From Phoronis australis (taxonomy: Eukaryota > Animalia > Phoronida), in contig NMRA01000056.1 of assembly GCA_002633005.1 (NCBI GenBank), positions 961,521 to 1,025,520 of the forward strand: a stretch of 64,000 nt of DNA, written 5' to 3'. Of this stretch, positions 63,330 through 64,000 are shown in pieces. How positions within the stretch are numbered: the stretch's first letter is position 1; each line of letters begins with the position of its first letter. The notes beneath the pieces are model-generated. The model searched no databases. It saw nothing but the letters and a program-made list of their open reading frames with translations, and had not been told where the DNA came from. The position numbers and the translations under genes were made by a program.

Positions 63330-64000
63330 AGTCGAATTCACCTGAAAATCAAATTGCATCGGCGCATTGTCATCATACACCCGAGTCAAGTTTCATTGAA
63401 ATCCTTCAATTTGTTCCTTAAATATCACCTGGAAATGGTATTCCCCAAACGTCATTTGCTGCTGTGGTTGAATCCACCCAAAAAACAAATGATCCAGCAC
63501 ACTGACATATTTCTGAGTCAAGTTTTGTTGGCACTCGTCAATCAGTTCTTCAGTAATTACTCTTCTCCAAAACAACACTTGAAAACTCCTTGATGAGAAC
63601 AAAATGGTCACTAGGAGGGGCTACAGTATTTGAATCCGTCTGAAAATTTAATGGTGCTGGCGCTTTGACATCACATACTTTGTGTCAAGTTTCATGAAAA
63701 TCCGTCAATCACATCATTCTCTAGATATCATCCAGAAACACTCTTTCCCAAAACGGCTGCTAGGAGGCGGTGCAGTGATCAAATCCACCAAAAATCAAAT
63801 GGTACTGGCGCATTTTCTTCACATACCTCAGTGACAAGTGTCATTGAAATCCGTAAATCTGTTCTTAAAATATCATGCAGAAATACTCTTCCACAAAATG
63901 GCCACTGGGACAGTTTCAGCGCATTGACATCATATACCTCAGTATCAAGTTTCATTGAAATATGTCAGGTTCTCTTGATATCATCCAGAAACGCTCTTCC
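63330..64000 (-). repeat. Array of about 145-bp degenerate units (caagtttcattgaaatcc...), similar in architecture to the Helentron-like family
   Basis: The motif ggcgc.tt..catca.atac...tcaagtttcattgaaatcc recurs near 63361, 63660, 63810 and 63920. Confidence 0.5.

Overview
Repeat-rich animal (probably invertebrate) genomic DNA from a short-read-style assembly with N gaps and several apparently uncollapsed haplotypes. Genes reconstructed by hand from splice sites: (1) a complete 7-exon ARMC7 (- strand, 191 aa); (2) head-to-head with it, a 76-aa CENP-W histone-fold gene that the ORF track misses and that probably uses a GC-AG intron; (3) an intronless GNAT acetyltransferase ORF; (4) a complete 10-exon Src-family tyrosine kinase (- strand, 516 aa); (5) the last four exons of a second, tandem Src-family paralog. 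The two kinases have divergent C-terminal regulatory tails, and the second carries an in-frame TAA four codons before the ancestral stop. Mobile DNA includes a rearranged Gypsy-type LTR remnant, an Academ-type long-TIR element with a nested internally deleted Kolobok (THAP plus KolX-like ends), Harbinger-type and other MITEs, tRNA-derived SINEs, and a Helentron/DINE-1-like family carrying arrays of CTCF-like motifs. No wholly new biological system can be demonstrated from sequence alone. The best leads are the Src paralog tail divergence, the hidden CENP-W gene, the orphan-like GNAT and the CTCF-motif-bearing repeat.
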